From Chrysemys picta bellii (taxonomy: Eukaryota): 64,000 bases of DNA. The position numbers and the translations under genes are program-made. Numbering within the stretch: position 1 is the stretch's first letter; each line of letters opens with the position of its first letter. Below, piece by piece: positions 34,204-64,000 of the stretch. The stretch is from contig NC_088805.1 in assembly GCF_011386835.1 (NCBI RefSeq), positions 16,988,001-17,052,000 of the forward strand. Reading direction: 5' to 3'. Under the pieces are notes generated by a model. It was not told the DNA's origin, did no database searches, and saw only the letters and a list, made by a program, of their open reading frames with translations.

Positions 34204-37200
34204 TTATGGTTTTCTTCCCTTCTTGCGCAGGGACTGGCCTTCTCCTGAAAACGCAATGAACCTGCTGCCAGAGTCATCCTGAATGTAGGAGGGAGAAGAG
34301 ACATTTGTTTAGGTTCAGCGTTTGTTATTATTGAACAAAGAGAAGACCTGCTTCAGACAACATTCCATCATAAAAGCACTACTGCACTGGCTCTTGACAT
34401 TTCACATCCATAATTTACACAGAAAACAGTTTCCTTCCCCAGAAGTTGCTAGTGTTTCAGTTCCTTTCGTAGATTTAATTCAAAATCCCTTTCACTTCCA
34501 TTTTATATTTTCTTCCTCCAGGCTTATATAAGGCAAACCTTTTTATGTCAGCTAATAAGAACATCAGAGCTTTCTGTCCTGTAGACAGTATTCAATATCA
34601 TTGAGTAGTTTTAAAATGTAAGTTCTCCATGAGCAATCACAGGCTGTGAATTGGCAAAGCCAGGGAGTCTAAACAATGGATCTGATCATGCTCAGCAAGA
34701 AGCTCTTAATTTTTACTGCCAATAACCCCCCCGCACTGTTATTCACCATTTCAGAGATAAAAGAGATTAAGATCCATCACACTAAAATGCTATCAGACAG
34801 ACTTTTAGTGGCAAACCTGGTTGATTGCACAATAGTTACTGTGCTACAAACAGGGGCCCAATTTTCCCACAGGGGACAAATTAACTCCTAGTCAAAGCAG
34901 TGGGAGTTCTCACACCCTGTGGGGGAAGAGAAGGGCCCAACAGTTAATAGTCCCCATTGTTGAAGATTTATCATGAGATAAGAGATCACACGCTGAACGG
35001 AAGCTACACATCAAGGACCACAATATTCCCTAAAAAAGCCTTCCATGAAGGGAACTTTGCTCATGTCATTAAAAAATTATTTAAACTAGGTTTCAGTGAT
35101 TTATAACACTTATAATTAGCATATTTTTTCTTCATTGTTCTGATCTCAGATGGGTCTGCAGCATCAGAGTCAACAAGCGTAGTATTCGAGCAGGTTTGCT
35201 GGAGTTGGGGCCCACTAGCAATGCAGACCCCTTCAACAACTGTTACTTCCACTGTATTAAGTTCTCTACAAATACGGCAAGGTACAGAGGTCTACTCACC
35301 TCTTCAACTTTCTTGACTAGTGGTCGTGAATTTCTAATGAATGTGATCCTACCAATTCTGAAGTCATAATTGGGTATTCCTCTGGGAAAGGAAGATTGAG
35401 ATATTAAGGTATTGAATAAACCTTCAGAGTCTTGACATGGGAATAAATGTGACAAACAATAGCAAGGACTATTCTCTATAGTTTTTGTTGTTTTTGTTTT
35501 GTTTTTCTTGAGTGTCATCCTAACCATTCCTTTTGAAGAGCTGTCATTAGGATTATTTTGCTAGCACATCAGAATCAGACCATAGATTTATTTACTAGAG
35601 CTGAGCAAATGTTGTAAAGAAATATCTGTGATGATTCATTTTAGTTAAGTTGTCTGCAGCCATGTGCATGCATCATGTCTGCACTTTTCATGAGGGATCA
35701 GATTTTACTGGTACAAGCATATGTGGAAAACTAAGGCCGAAGCTGGATGCACACATCTTCGTAGGACCATTACTATAGTGAGTATTAATTCAGAAGCAGG
35801 GTGGATGAAAATTGATTTTTTTTAATTTAAATTGGATATTTTTTATTTAAAATAAATACAGTTTAAAAATAAATCTATTTAAAATTAATTTTGAAATTGA
35901 TAACAGAATAAGGCCTAAATTCACTATGATCTACTCAAATCATTTAAATTAAATACAAAAAATAATATTAAGTAGCACGTTTGTTGCCAAGTTTTAAAGA
36001 AAGTCAAACGACTGAATTGGGGGAAATCACTGGCTAAGCATCTGGAACCAGAGTTTGTTGAAGTGCTAAGCCAGTTTTTGACAGCAGTGGCCTGTTCTGC
36101 AGTTGCAGAAAGAATATTTAGGAAAATAACTAAAAGTACAGATTCACAACACAATTAAAATTGAGGATTTAAATCAAGGTTTCCTGCTTGCTCATTTAAA
36201 TCCTGATTAAAATTGGTGATTTACATTGCTTTGTGATAAATCAGGGATCAGCAATCTTTGGCACGCAGCTCGCCAGGGTAAGCACCCTGATGGGCTGGGC
36301 TGGTTTGTTTACCTGCCGCGTCGGCAGGTTCGGCCGATCACAGCTCCAGGCCAATGGGGGCGGCAGAAAGCGGCATGGGACGAGGGACGTGCTGGCCGCC
36401 GCTTCCCGCCGCCCCCATTGGCCTGGAGCGGCGAACTGCGGCCAGTGGGAGCTGCGATTGGCCAAACCTGTGGACGCAGCAGGTAAACAAACCGGCCCAG
36501 CCGGGTGCTTACCCTGGCGAGCCATGTGCCAAAGGTTGCCGATCCCTGAGTTAAATCAATCTGCCTTGTTTAGAAATGCTTGTGCAATTATCCTGTCAGG
36601 AAACAAAACAAGACCATGGCTAAGTTTTGTAAAAGTATTTATACTGATAGTTGATGGGATTTATACTCAAGTGCCTAAATGCCTTTTGAAAATGAAATAT
36701 AGGCTCCTAATCAGTTAGGCGTTCATTGCAATGCTGAGAGCAGCAACACCTAAATACCTTTACAAATCTAAGTCCATGTGATTTATCTGGCAACTCTCAA
36801 AGCAACATATATTAAATATTTGGCTATAAAATACATTTGGGGAAATCAGGATCTCACTGATATTATAGAAGCAGACAAATACATCAAGAATGATTCATTC
36901 TGCTCAAACATTGACCTTCCACCTGTAGAATCCTGAATGAAATGGGCTAACCTTCGAATGTCTCCTGGTTTAATTGGCGAGGGACTAGGCTCGACACCTT
37001 TCTTCTTGCCATCTAGCCTGTTCCCAGAGCCAGAGAATGCCTACAGGTATAAAGCAGAAAGTCATTTCTACACATGTTCCACCTTATTGTTGAAGAAGAG
37101 CTCTGCAAGCATGCGTTTTTGTTTTTTAAAAAGGCTAAAATGGGCACAGGGCCTGATTCAAGATTGGTGCTGATCTAGTGGACTAATGTTAGTATTCTGC

Positions 37201-40200
37201 ACTGCCATGCAAGAGCTTAGAATGGTATTTCAGTTCCCATCACTTGGCTCCTCAGGAACAGTAGAGAGCACCCACCATCACCTCTCCAGCCGATCGAATA
37301 GCATTGACTGCTTATAGAATCGTAGGACTGGAACGGACCTCAAGATGTCTTCTAGTTCAGTCCCCTGCACCATTCCTGACAGGTGTTTGTCTAACCTGCT
37401 CTTAAAAATCTCCAATGATGGAGGTTCCACAATCTCCCTAGGCAATTTATTCTAGTGCTTAACCACCCCGGATAGTTAGGAAGTTTTTCCTAATGTCCAA
37501 CCTAAACTGCCCTTCCTTGACTGAAAGGACAGTGACTACAATACAGGGTCTAGACAATTGGACTGGGACAGAGACTGAAGGCCAGGGCCAGTGATTTTTC
37601 ATAGGCTGTGATTTGTGCCCTAGCTTAGAACACTGGAAATTCTCCCACATCATTAACTGCATGTAATTTGCAAGAGTACCTCTGTAAAAGTATATATGGG
37701 AGTCTGTTTTACAATGTGCACAGATCCCTGCACACTACTAGATGGAATGTCAGACTGGCTTAAAGATGAATGTGGCTGAATCTCAGAATGGCTAAACACA
37801 TGAATACTACAACAGCATGATTGTTTCACAGGTCAGTCCATCATTTTATGACATTTACAATGGAAGAAACTTTTACTCTGTGCTAAGCAAGTGTCCAGAG
37901 GGGATGCCTAGTTTGTGCTCCCGATAACATTTTATCAAACAAAATTTACTTCCCTCAGGTATTGTTAGATACTTAAGTATTACTTCCATTACTCACAAGC
38001 CATCGGAGTCTTGAGTGGTAATACTGTATTTACTATGGATTCAGAAAACAAGTTACTGCTGTATTTATATATCAGAAACTCCTGAGAAAATACATTGCAG
38101 TGAAAACCTATTACACAGAATCTTATACATTTCTTTTGGGATGTGTAACAAGGTGATTAGCACCCTGTGAAATTTATTTTTTTTAAATAGATTTTTTTTT
38201 TAACTTTTGTATTATTTCATTTTATCCATGCTGGAGGGGGAGATTCATGTTTGCCTCTGGAGGGGTTGGGAGGTCCTGAGGCGGGGCAGAGGGTTGCAGA
38301 CAGTGGGAAGGGGGGTTACACAGCGAGCCCACCTTGCACTCACCCTGCAGCAGTGGCTCCTGTCCCACAGGGCTGGGCCCAGCTCCCCACTCTGGGGATG
38401 ACATGATGACAGAAGAGTGAACGGGCCAAACCTGAGTGGCGCTGCAACCCCATGCACCAGGTCGCAACACCACTCACTCAAATCATGATAGAGGGGTGGC
38501 TGGGCCAAATCTGAGTGATGCTGTGACCTCATCCACCAGGTTGCAATGCCCGGCACAGGGAGCCGGACTTGCCCTGTGGGATAGCAGCCACAGGCACAGC
38601 AGCTCCAGGATGAAGTTTTCATTTTATTTTGTGTTATTTTGTATTTGTGAAAATCACAGGGCTCTAGTGTTGGTCCTAGGGTGCATGTGCACATCTCAGT
38701 GTTCCAAGGCCAGGCTGTCGTGTGATTACATGTTGTAAGCAGCATCTGCTACAAATAGAGGCAGCCTAGCCTCAGGAAAGGAGGACCCAAGGCCAGGAAA
38801 GGGGCCTGTCACACCTGGAAGTTCTGAGAAGGAAACACCTGCAGCAAGCAGGAGCTGACTGGGGGAAGCCTCAGCTGGGAAAGGCTGGGAAGTCCTGAGA
38901 TGAAGGCTAAGACAAACCTCTGAGGTGGTGACACTCGGTTGCTCTGCATCTTTGTTTCTAAGTAAAAGAGAAGCCCTGAGCAAAGGAACTGGATTTGTGC
39001 AGTTGCAGGGAATGTATTTCCACCTTCCCAGCTGATAGATTTGCCTACAGGCTTTGAGTGTTCAACACTACCAGACCAAAAGAAGATACTTACACGAAAT
39101 CCTAGGTCACCCACATAGCCACTGTGGTCTGCTTCAACGTCCTAGGACGCAGAGGAGAAACAAGCGGTTTCATTACATTCATTCTGTGTTATGCAACATT
39201 AACATGAAGGGTTTCATGGATTTCCTACAGAATGAAACTTTTACAGGTATTTTATAAAGTTGACTGAACATGAATTTTTTTGACAAAGTTTTTGTCCTGG
39301 AAATAGGTTGTTCTACATGAACAACCTCCATATGGTGGGATAAGGGAGGAAAAGAAATGTAGGCAAGAGCATCTTGGAAATAAAATTTATGGCTGAACTG
39401 TCTGATCTCAAGACCTTTTCAGAAAGAGCCTTCCATTAGTGATCTTTGCTCCATAACAGCCACTGTAAGAAGAGAAGTCAACTAGAGAGAATACACTATA
39501 GAGAAGAAGAATGAACTTAACTTACTGTGCTCTCCTCAGGTTGTGTGTGTCTTTCTGGTTCTTTGTATCCCAAAGGTGCATCAAAATCCACCTGTGTTTA
39601 CAGAAAGAAAAGTGTTTTGTTTTAAAACAGATCCACATTTTTTTTTAATTATCATCATCATATGCCATCCCTAAAATCTCTACAAACTCTACCATTCTAT
39701 TTTGAACTAGAGGGAACAGATCTTTTAAAAAAGCTCAATTAGCAAAAATGTTACAATTGGAATGTGGGAGACTCATCTCTAAAAGATGCTTCTCCAACAC
39801 ATGGTTGTAACATGCTTGCAGGGCAGCATGGAACATCACACTGCAGCTGTTTTCAGTCTCCAGGCTGTCAAATGGACCAGCATCTTTCATAAGTACATAA
39901 AACAAAGTGCCCAGGAGAACAATTTGCAAGTAAGACTGTACAGGAATTATAGGCACTTCAGTCACCTACGACATATGATAGCGTTGACAACCCTCCAGAA
40001 TTGGCCTGGAATCGCTGGACTCCTGGTGACTATTGAAAGCAATCCAGGAGATTTTAATAGGATATTTTACATTGAAAGCAATCCAGGAGATTTTAATAGG
40101 ATATTTTAATAGCATATTTTACGTCACGTTGGGGAAAAAAATCTCCCCGAATAGCTTCAGTCAGAGTTGGAAACCCTAGTATATGACCTGTGGCCTTCAT

Positions 40201-43200
40201 CTTGCAACTCACTTATGGTTACAAGATCTGTATTACTGAATGCTCACCTGTCCCACAGCATAAATATATTTCTGTAACGCAGCATTGTCATGATCAGATG
40301 CCCCTTCTCAAAAGAATAATTTAAGTGAAAAGAAAGATCCTGCCACAAAGACTACAACTTACGTTCATATCACACTCTATGATGGACACAGCTTTATCAG
40401 GTTTGGTCTCCATTACCCGAAGCTCGTAGATCTGAAACAGAAGCATGTATAATATAAAGCCATTCCTCTTAGTGTGCAAATTAATGATTAAAGAAACTTG
40501 GGCAAAATTCTCACATCAGAGAGCATTAGTTTCAATGAACAGTAAGCTCTTCAGATCAGGGGCTGTGTCTACCTCTATGTTTGTACTGCATGTAGCACAA
40601 CAAGGCTTCAATCAGATCAGGGCTTATGGCTGCCACCATCATGACTATATTTCAAAATGGAAGACTTCTTCTACATTAGAGATTTTCATTGCCCCTCAAT
40701 AGAGCTGGAGGGATTTATTTGGTCAGAGGCCAATTATCTGGTTCTGAATCTCCTGACTTCCAGTTTCCAAAAACCAGCTCCAAGTTGGGGTGAGGTAGGA
40801 TATATGTACAGTCTTGTACTAATTTACGATAAAATGGTCCTTTATAGTTTTACTGTTGCTAAGAATCCCTTTTGCTCCTAATAATCCTTTGTCTGAAATG
40901 TTTATGATTTACCCATAAATTATCCAAGCTGAGCTGAAACCTGGCAAATAAGTACTTCGCCCAGAAACAAAATTTGAAAATGTAAAAGTTGTTCAGTAAT
41001 CAAAGGAGTCAGAGGTCAGAATTTAATATTAAGACCAGCACCAAGACTACTGAACTGATTGCAATATTCATTCTCAGAATTAATTAAAGACCTTTTTAAA
41101 AAAATGTAGGTGAAGCTACTATAGAATTTTGCATTTGTAGCTCCTGAAAATCTGGATCCCACTTGCCATGAGGTACACAAGGCCCTGGGTAAGGTCCCAC
41201 CTATTAACCTGCCTCCCTGAGATGGCTAAAGTCCCTCTGTGGCTGTTTTCTGAACTCTCACATCTTTCCTGTCTGGGTCTATTTGCTCCTGATATTTAGC
41301 TCCCACAGTGTCCATTTATGCATATGTGCAGAAATATGGGTGGACCAGGGTGGTGGTTTAAGCTGAACACATGGTGTGTCCTGTAAAAACAACAAGGAGT
41401 CTGGTGGCACCTTAAAGACTAACAGATTTATTTGGGCATAAGCTTTCGTGAGTAAAAACCTCACTTCTTCGGATGCAACCGGTGTGTCCTGTGTTCAGCT
41501 ACTACTGACACTCAAATGGGAGTATCTGTAAATTATGTGATTCTATAAATGTTTTTTTAGGGTTCCATGCAAAACATATGCAGAGTTGGGATTTATGTTT
41601 CCTGGGACTGCACACAGGTTTAGTTAGATAGTGTTATTTACATTAGATACCGTACCTTCTCGTTGTAGTTGATGGCAATAACATCCCCGGTGGTTAGACA
41701 AGCAAAGTTTCTCAAAGCATTTTCTAATCTTTGAATTATGTTAAGAAGCACTGTATGGTTGTTTTCAGTGGAATATTCAAGTTATACATCAACAAGTTCA
41801 TATTTTCTGGTTCCAGATCTATCTTACATGTGACTTAAAATATAAGTACCATGGACAGTTTAACAAGCATTAGGCATTCAACTCCCTTATAGATGTTCTT
41901 AGGGAAACCCAATAATGTTCTCTAGATAATAAAACAAGGCACATGTTCCAGACCACAATTTACCTATTCAGACTGTCTGGAAAATAAAGGCCAAGAATTT
42001 TTAAAAAAAATTGTCTACAGTTAGGCTCCTGAAGCAGTGGCCTGATTTTTTAGATGTGCCAAGTACCTAGCAGCTCTCATTAAGTCATTTTAAGGAAAAA
42101 TCCTTTATTCCCTACTTTAGACTTTTATTCTTTGGTGCAAAGACTATTTGCCTGAGCAAGGACTACAGGATTTGGCCCCATTTCATTAGGCCTTTATTTA
42201 GAAGAATGCTACACTTCCTGCAGGGAATTCACATCTCTCCTCACTTGCTCTGGCTCCTACCAGATTCCGTTCTCTTACCTCTTAGCTTTCAGAGGTGGCA
42301 CGTGTAACAAGCCGATATTGGAAGTATATGAACAGTGCTTGAAAAGCTGCCCCAGCCTTTCCTCCCCTGTTTAGGGTAAGCTAGTGCCAAAGCCCCTTCT
42401 GTTGCTTCCTCTGGGATGAAGTGAAAGGATACACAGCTTTGGGATTGGTGATGTCAAGGAAATCTGGACTTTGTGGTTGGAATTTTGAGTAAGTAGCCAC
42501 TTGAAGATTAACACTCTCTACCTGCACCAGGCCTCCTTCCTCCAGAAGCAAGTTCTGCATCATCTGCAAAGAAACATTGGTGACAAAGACAGGACACTAT
42601 ACCAGTATCTATTCAACAGAAACAGGCAACTTTTAGATGGAACTTCCCCTGAGAATATGTAAATATATTGGGCCATATTCTGCCCTGAATTCTGTGGGTT
42701 TGCACTGGGTATAATTACAGGAAAAACTTGGTCCTTTATTATGTCTCAGTAACAACGTAGTACATGCAGCAACTTACTTTGATTAACTTAGAGGAAAGCT
42801 TTAGCTGTGACTGAAACACTAAACAGTGCTGACTGTGCAACTGAAATGCAATTTCAGCAAATATTCTACTTTAATATTAACCAACACCACACTAATCCTA
42901 TACTTTTAATTCTGTCAGTTTGGTGTAAGGCCACTTACCCAATGTGGAAGGTAACAAATGCCTTCATCAGCCACAAATTCTAGCACACCACAATGCGTCA
43001 TTCGATCTGAATTTTTATTAGTCAGCTTAAATAACATAGGGTACGTAATGTTAAGTCGACCTGGCAGAAGGGGAAAAAGATACAATTTGTTATAAAACTC
43101 ATGGCACATTTATAAAGTTCCGGAGACTGAATATTAGCAAGAGAATGAGCCAATATCCTGGCAAACGCACCAAATTATTTGCAACCATCAAAAAAATAAA

Positions 43201-46200
43201 GGCTGATCATTTCATTAATGCAAGTGTTGATACAGTGTCAAGCAGCTGCTAGAAAGCTCACACTGTCAGCCTAGGGGAGGGATAGCTCAGTGGTTTTAGC
43301 ATTGGCCTGCTAAACCCTGGGTTGTAAGCTCAGTCCTTGAGGGGGCCATCTAGGGATCTGGGGCAAAATCAGTACTTGGTCCTGCTACTGAAGGCAGGGG
43401 GCTGGACTCGATCTTTCAGAGTCCCTTCCAGCTCTATGAGATAGCTATATATACATATATAGCATCTGAACTATGCATAGATAAGGGAAAATTAAACCCT
43501 ATGACAAACAAACAAACAATTTTTACCCTCAATATGGATTTTCCTGGTATATCTTGATTTAAATCATATCTTAATGGATACATAGAGCACTTTTTGATGT
43601 TTGCCTACACATATATACAGCACAATATTTCTAGTGTTCTTACAGTAGAATAAACATTACTTACTGAGTTGATCCAAGGCAGATGGTGGCATAATTACTG
43701 CAGAAATTAATCAGAAAGTTACAGTAAGATTAGGAACAGCATGGCTACGGAAAGCAAATGCAGTGTACAGTTTTATCATTCCTTCTTGGCAGCATTTTAC
43801 CCTGCATTTAACCAGCATTTTACCCTGGTTCCGACTTTGTGAGCTACAAAATCTATTGGAATCAATTTAGATAAACAATATCTGGTAGTTTTAATCCAAA
43901 ATGTAGATTCTGAGCGGGGCAAATGGGAGAAGTTAGAAAGTTTTACAAAACCGAATACACTAACAAAAATGTTTCCCAAAAGTCATTTTATTTGGTTATA
44001 GTTAAACAACCAAAGTGCTGACAATTCAAACACAGCATTGGACTAACATATGGGAGCCTGAAAGTGGAGCGGACAAATCTATTCTCCTTATTCAAGCTGA
44101 GTGAAGCCTAAAGAGGAAGGAAAAAACATATGGCGAAGACAGCAGATTTTTAAATCTTATTCACTTAAATGGCTTATTTTATTAGTGACATGTAAAGCCA
44201 TTTGTTTTTAAAAATAGTGGCCCTTCTAATTTACTTGTAGGTAAATCAGGAACTCCAACATCAATTACACGATATTAAAGTGAGAAGAGTATTTATTTAA
44301 TCTGAGAGTGCCTTTAACTCAAGTCACAAAGCCATCAATAAGCTTCCATGCTTTATTATGTTTGTGGCCTTATACTGTTTCTGCAACTACCTGCCATAAA
44401 CAATACTACTGAACATTCTCATATAGCATTCAACAGTATTAAAAATAAAACATGCACATACTCTTCCCGCCTTTCTCCACATCTGACCTGTCATTAGGTC
44501 CTGCAAGCATGGACACTGAGAAGCAACGATACTGGGTTGAGAAGCGGTTCTGGAAAACCCGGGGAATTGGATGATCAAACATATTAAAAGAAAACTGGTG
44601 GAGGAAAAGTGACAGTGTGTTAGCAAACATCGATCCACTTTACTAAAACACCTGCAGACTAAGTTTTTCAGGAGGTTGTTCTCCAATGCAATCATCTAAA
44701 TCAGGGGTCAGCAACCTTTCAGAAGTGGTGTGCCGAGTCTTCATTTATTCACTCTGATTTAAGGTTTCGCGCGCCAGTAATACATTTTAATGTTTTTAGA
44801 CAGTCTCTTCCTATAAGTCTATAATATATAACTAAACTATTGTTGTATGTAAAGTAAATAAGGTTTTTAAAATGTTTAAGAAGCTTCATTTAAAATTGAA
44901 TTAAAATGCAGAGCCCCACGGACTGGTGACCAGGACCTGCGCAGTGAGAGTGCCCCTGAAAATCAACTCGTGTGCCGCCTTCGGCACGCGTGCCATAGGT
45001 TGCCTACCCTTGATCTAAATCAATGCTGTGTGCTTATTTTTCCTAATATAAATATGGTTTAAACATATATATGTACCAATGAAACACATAAAATAAGAAA
45101 GTGAAAATTCATCTGTAATTTATCACCACAATCAATTTTGATTGATTCTACAAACTGTAGAACAGACATGGACTTCAATTTGGAAATAAGAATACACATC
45201 CTAAAAACCGTTTATTTGTGCAGTGCTGCAGCAAGTGATTCTTAATTTAAATTCAACAAGGAATACAAGTGATTGTCATTTCTTTAACTCTTCAGCACAG
45301 GACAAGAGAGATTCAACACAGGGGTGGCAGAAGGATGTTTTTGTACCCTTGCACTTTTATTTTAATGATTAAAGGGATGACAATGCATATAGCCTATGGA
45401 TAAACACAGATTGAAGTCTTCATCATCGCTGAGAGACAATCATTCCTAGGTATCCAATGGGGTAGCATCCTCACTTGTAAATCAAAGGCAGGGGAGAACG
45501 CTGAGTCAGCACCTCCCAGGAAATACCCAGGATCACACAGGATAAGGGAGCCTCAGATTGTAAACTCTTTAAGATTACTCCATATATTCATACCCCACAC
45601 TGTAACCATCTGTGAGTGAGTGGGGACACTAAATTGGGGGGGGGGGGGCTTTATTAAGCCATTTTCTGCTCTTTGAGAGTAGGGTGACCAGATAGCAAGT
45701 AGAAAGAAGAACAGGAGTACTTGTGGCACCTTAGAGACTAACAAATTTATTAGAGCATAAGCTTTCATGGACTACAGCCCACTTTTTCGGATGCTGTAGT
45801 GGGCTGTAGTCCACGAAAGCTTATGCTCTAATAAATTTGTTAGTCTCTAAGGTGCCACAAGTACTCCTGTTCTTCTTTTTGCGGATACAGACTAACACGG
45901 CTGCTACTCTGAAACCAGATAGCAAGTGTGAAAAATCGGGACAGAGGGTGGGGGGGGGGGGGAGTAATAGGCGCCTATATAAGAAAAAGCCCCAAATACT
46001 GGGACTGTCCCTATAAAATCGGGACATCTGGTCACCCTACTTGGGAACAAAAATTTTGCTGGGGGGCGTTCCAGAGAGGGCTTTAAAAATCTCTCCTCTC
46101 TCAGCTGGCTCTCTAAGAGGAAGGACGGGGGAGGGGGCGTTACATATGCCCCAGACAGACATCCTGAAGGGTCCCCCTCATTGCCCTAGAGCCAGGGGGA

Positions 46201-46359
46201 CAAATCCCGACCCTCTCGCAGAGCAGTGGGTGTTTGGTGTGTATCTGCTCCCCTAGCGCCTCCCTGCCTGTGTAAACAATCCAGCGAGGATGACTCCGCA
46301 GCTTTCCCCGTCTCCCCCCCACCCCAGCTCTAAGACACCCACCAAGAGCCCCTTACCAT
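34204..46359 (-). CDS. UFD1: Ubiquitin recognition factor in ERAD 1 (UFD1), 307 aa, 12 coding exons
   Basis: Exons (minus): 46359-46357 (ATG only, tentative), 44594-44462, 43697-43665, 43060-42939, 42563-42433, 41728-41656, 40431-40363, 39591-39526, 39141-39094, 37040-36952, 35381-35300, 34278-34204. Total 924 nt, open. Protein [30 protein letters not shown]...[13 protein letters not shown]...[16 protein letters not shown]. Confidence 0.96.
36242..36549. mobile_element. hAT-type MITE
   Basis: cagggatcagcaatctttggcac / gtgccaaaggttgccgatccctg TIRs. Confidence 0.75.
37316..37515 (-). mobile_element. CR1 3' end fragment
   Basis: atagaatcgtaggactggaa...aggaagttttcctaatgtccaacctaa is the CR1 3' UTR/ORF2 end on the minus strand ([13 protein letters not shown]). 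Confidence 0.7.
41385..41480 (-). mobile_element. Short Penelope-like terminal fragment
   Basis: 12-bp TSD ggtgtgtcctgt at 41373-41384 and 41481-41492. Confidence 0.85.
41729..42432 (-). other. U12-type (minor) GT-AG intron, UFD1 intron 5
   Basis: 5' splice site GTATCCTTTC (42432-42423). Branch point TTCTTAAC (41747-41740) close to an AAG acceptor, with no pyrimidine tract. Confidence 0.85.
43274..43440 (+). mobile_element. tRNA-head SINE with CR1-like tail
   Basis: ggggagggatagctcagtgg (A box), a degenerate B box, then a CR1-like 3' tail. Second copy at 50828-51020. Confidence 0.8.
44702..45012. mobile_element. hAT-type MITE
   Basis: 8-bp TSD atctaaat at 44694-44701 and 45013-45020. Confidence 0.85.
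45681..46038. mobile_element. MITE with a nested palindromic Penelope-like insertion (45701-45914)
   Basis: TIRs agggtgaccaga / tctggtcaccct. 13-bp nested TSD ccagatagcaagt at 45688-45700 and 45915-45927. Confidence 0.85.
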
Positions 46360-47237
46360 CCTGGCGGCAGTTGTTCCTGTCCCTTTCTCAGCGATCTCAG
46401 CAGGGGACACCAGAGAAGCCCCTTTAGACGGCTCGGAGAAGGATCAATACAGCGGCTGCTTCCCCTCCCCCACAGGAAATCGTCCGGCTGAGGGAAATGG
46501 TAAGCAGGGAGGGGGAAATCCCGTAGCCCAGCCCCTCTACTCTTAGGGTGACTTTTAATTTCCGCTGGCGTGGCGCTATTTTAACAGCAGTGAATGTGAC
46601 CAAAAATGAGCTCTTTCATCGCTAGCAAAGGAGCGAAAAATGTTTGGGGGGTTTGGCCCACTGTCCCGACAAAACTACATTTCCCAGAATGCAACGTGTT
46701 TACACTCGAACCCATTGAGGAAGTAAAGAGACTTCCGCTGCGGCCATTTTGTGAAAGGGCGGAAGGCGGAACTTCACAGGCGTCAACATAGTTTTTTTTT
46801 CTTTAAATATTTCATTTGCCCATTCACTCCTGAAACAGTTATATTTTTATAGCCAATGGTTTGTTTATACCTTATATGAGGGGCGGTGGGGCTGATCTTG
46901 CCCATATCAAAAATGGCGCTGTACACTGACAAACAAAATGGCGGTTCCAGGAGGACTTCGTGTGGATTGGCCCATCCCCCGGCTCAGTGATCACCCTAAT
47001 CTCAATGTGGTTGGTGGAGGGCTGAGATGATCGAAAAGCTAGTCCAATCAGCACTGTAGAGATACAATGTAGTGGAATTCTATTGGGCGGTGGCCAGGAA
47101 GCTGAGACCAATGGGAAACGACGCGATTTGGCGCCTGCTTTGACTGTGGCGGAGAACGGAGCAGTCGCCGCTGCTGCAGCCATCCCGCCACTGTTCCCAC
47201 CTCCCTGTAGCACGGCGGGAGCGGCCCGGTCTCGGCC
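46360..47237. promoter_or_regulatory. Bidirectional promoter UFD1 / CDC45
   Basis: Head-to-head genes about 0.9 kb apart. ZNF143 site ACTACATTTCCCAGAATGC (~46675-46693), YY1-like GCCATTTT/AAAATGGCG (~46743, 46910, 46936), several CCAAT boxes (46965-47112), E2F-like TTTGGCGC (~47127). Confidence 0.8.
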
Positions 47238-63768
<16,531 letters not shown>

Positions 63769-64000
63769 GTAAGTAACTTTTCATCTTTTCACATCCACAT
63801 ATTGCATTTGACAGGCAAATCCTTTAGGGGTCAGTGTTTCTACTGTTTTAGACAGGAGACTCCCTAAAAGATCTCAGTCATTCTACAAAGGGGCAGTTCT
63901 TGTAATTTTAATATATACATAGGTGATGAGCATCTATGTGGTGTGCTTCACAAGCAGGCTGCAATATAACACAGTCCAGATTTTAGTACTGGGGTACTTC

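Noticed and set aside
40043-40109. 33-bp direct repeat (attgaaagcaatccaggagattttaataggatatttta) resembling a CRISPR repeat
   Set aside because: Two adjacent copies with no spacer in a eukaryotic intron. It is a slippage duplication inside a small repeat element.
43274-43345. tRNA-like sequence (also 50828-50900)
   Set aside because: It is the head of a SINE: it continues into a CR1-like tail, and the acceptor stem and B box are degenerate.
46497-46504. ATG-GTAAG as UFD1 exon 1
   Set aside because: It is on the plus strand and UFD1 is on minus. The minus-strand ATG|GTAAGG at 46359-46357 fits better.

Overview
Vertebrate genomic DNA. The repeat families (Penelope-like, CR1, tRNA-head SINE, hAT/Harbinger MITEs) point to a turtle; this is inferred from recognition, not from a search. 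The window is the block syntenic with human 22q11.21: HIRA exon 1 (-), MRPL40 (+, 4 exons, complete), C22orf39 (-, 3 exons, complete), UFD1 (-, 12 exons, complete) and CDC45 (+, exons 1-17; the last coding exon lies beyond the window). The ~17 kb gap between C22orf39 and UFD1 holds a tandem array of three identical U5 snRNA genes. Each has an octamer/SPH distal element, a PSE and a 3' box, and each sits in a rearranged ~5-6 kb duplicated unit with unit-specific insertions. One insertion is a 5'-truncated RLE-type (Utopia/NeSL-like) retrotransposon that is not at a U2 target. About a dozen short Penelope-like insertions with 8-15 bp TSDs carry a minimal hammerhead-like motif, and several form long hairpins. 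UFD1 intron 5 and CDC45 intron 10 have U12-type (minor spliceosome) signals. Gene names rest on recognised protein sequence and on exon sizes and phases; no database search was run.
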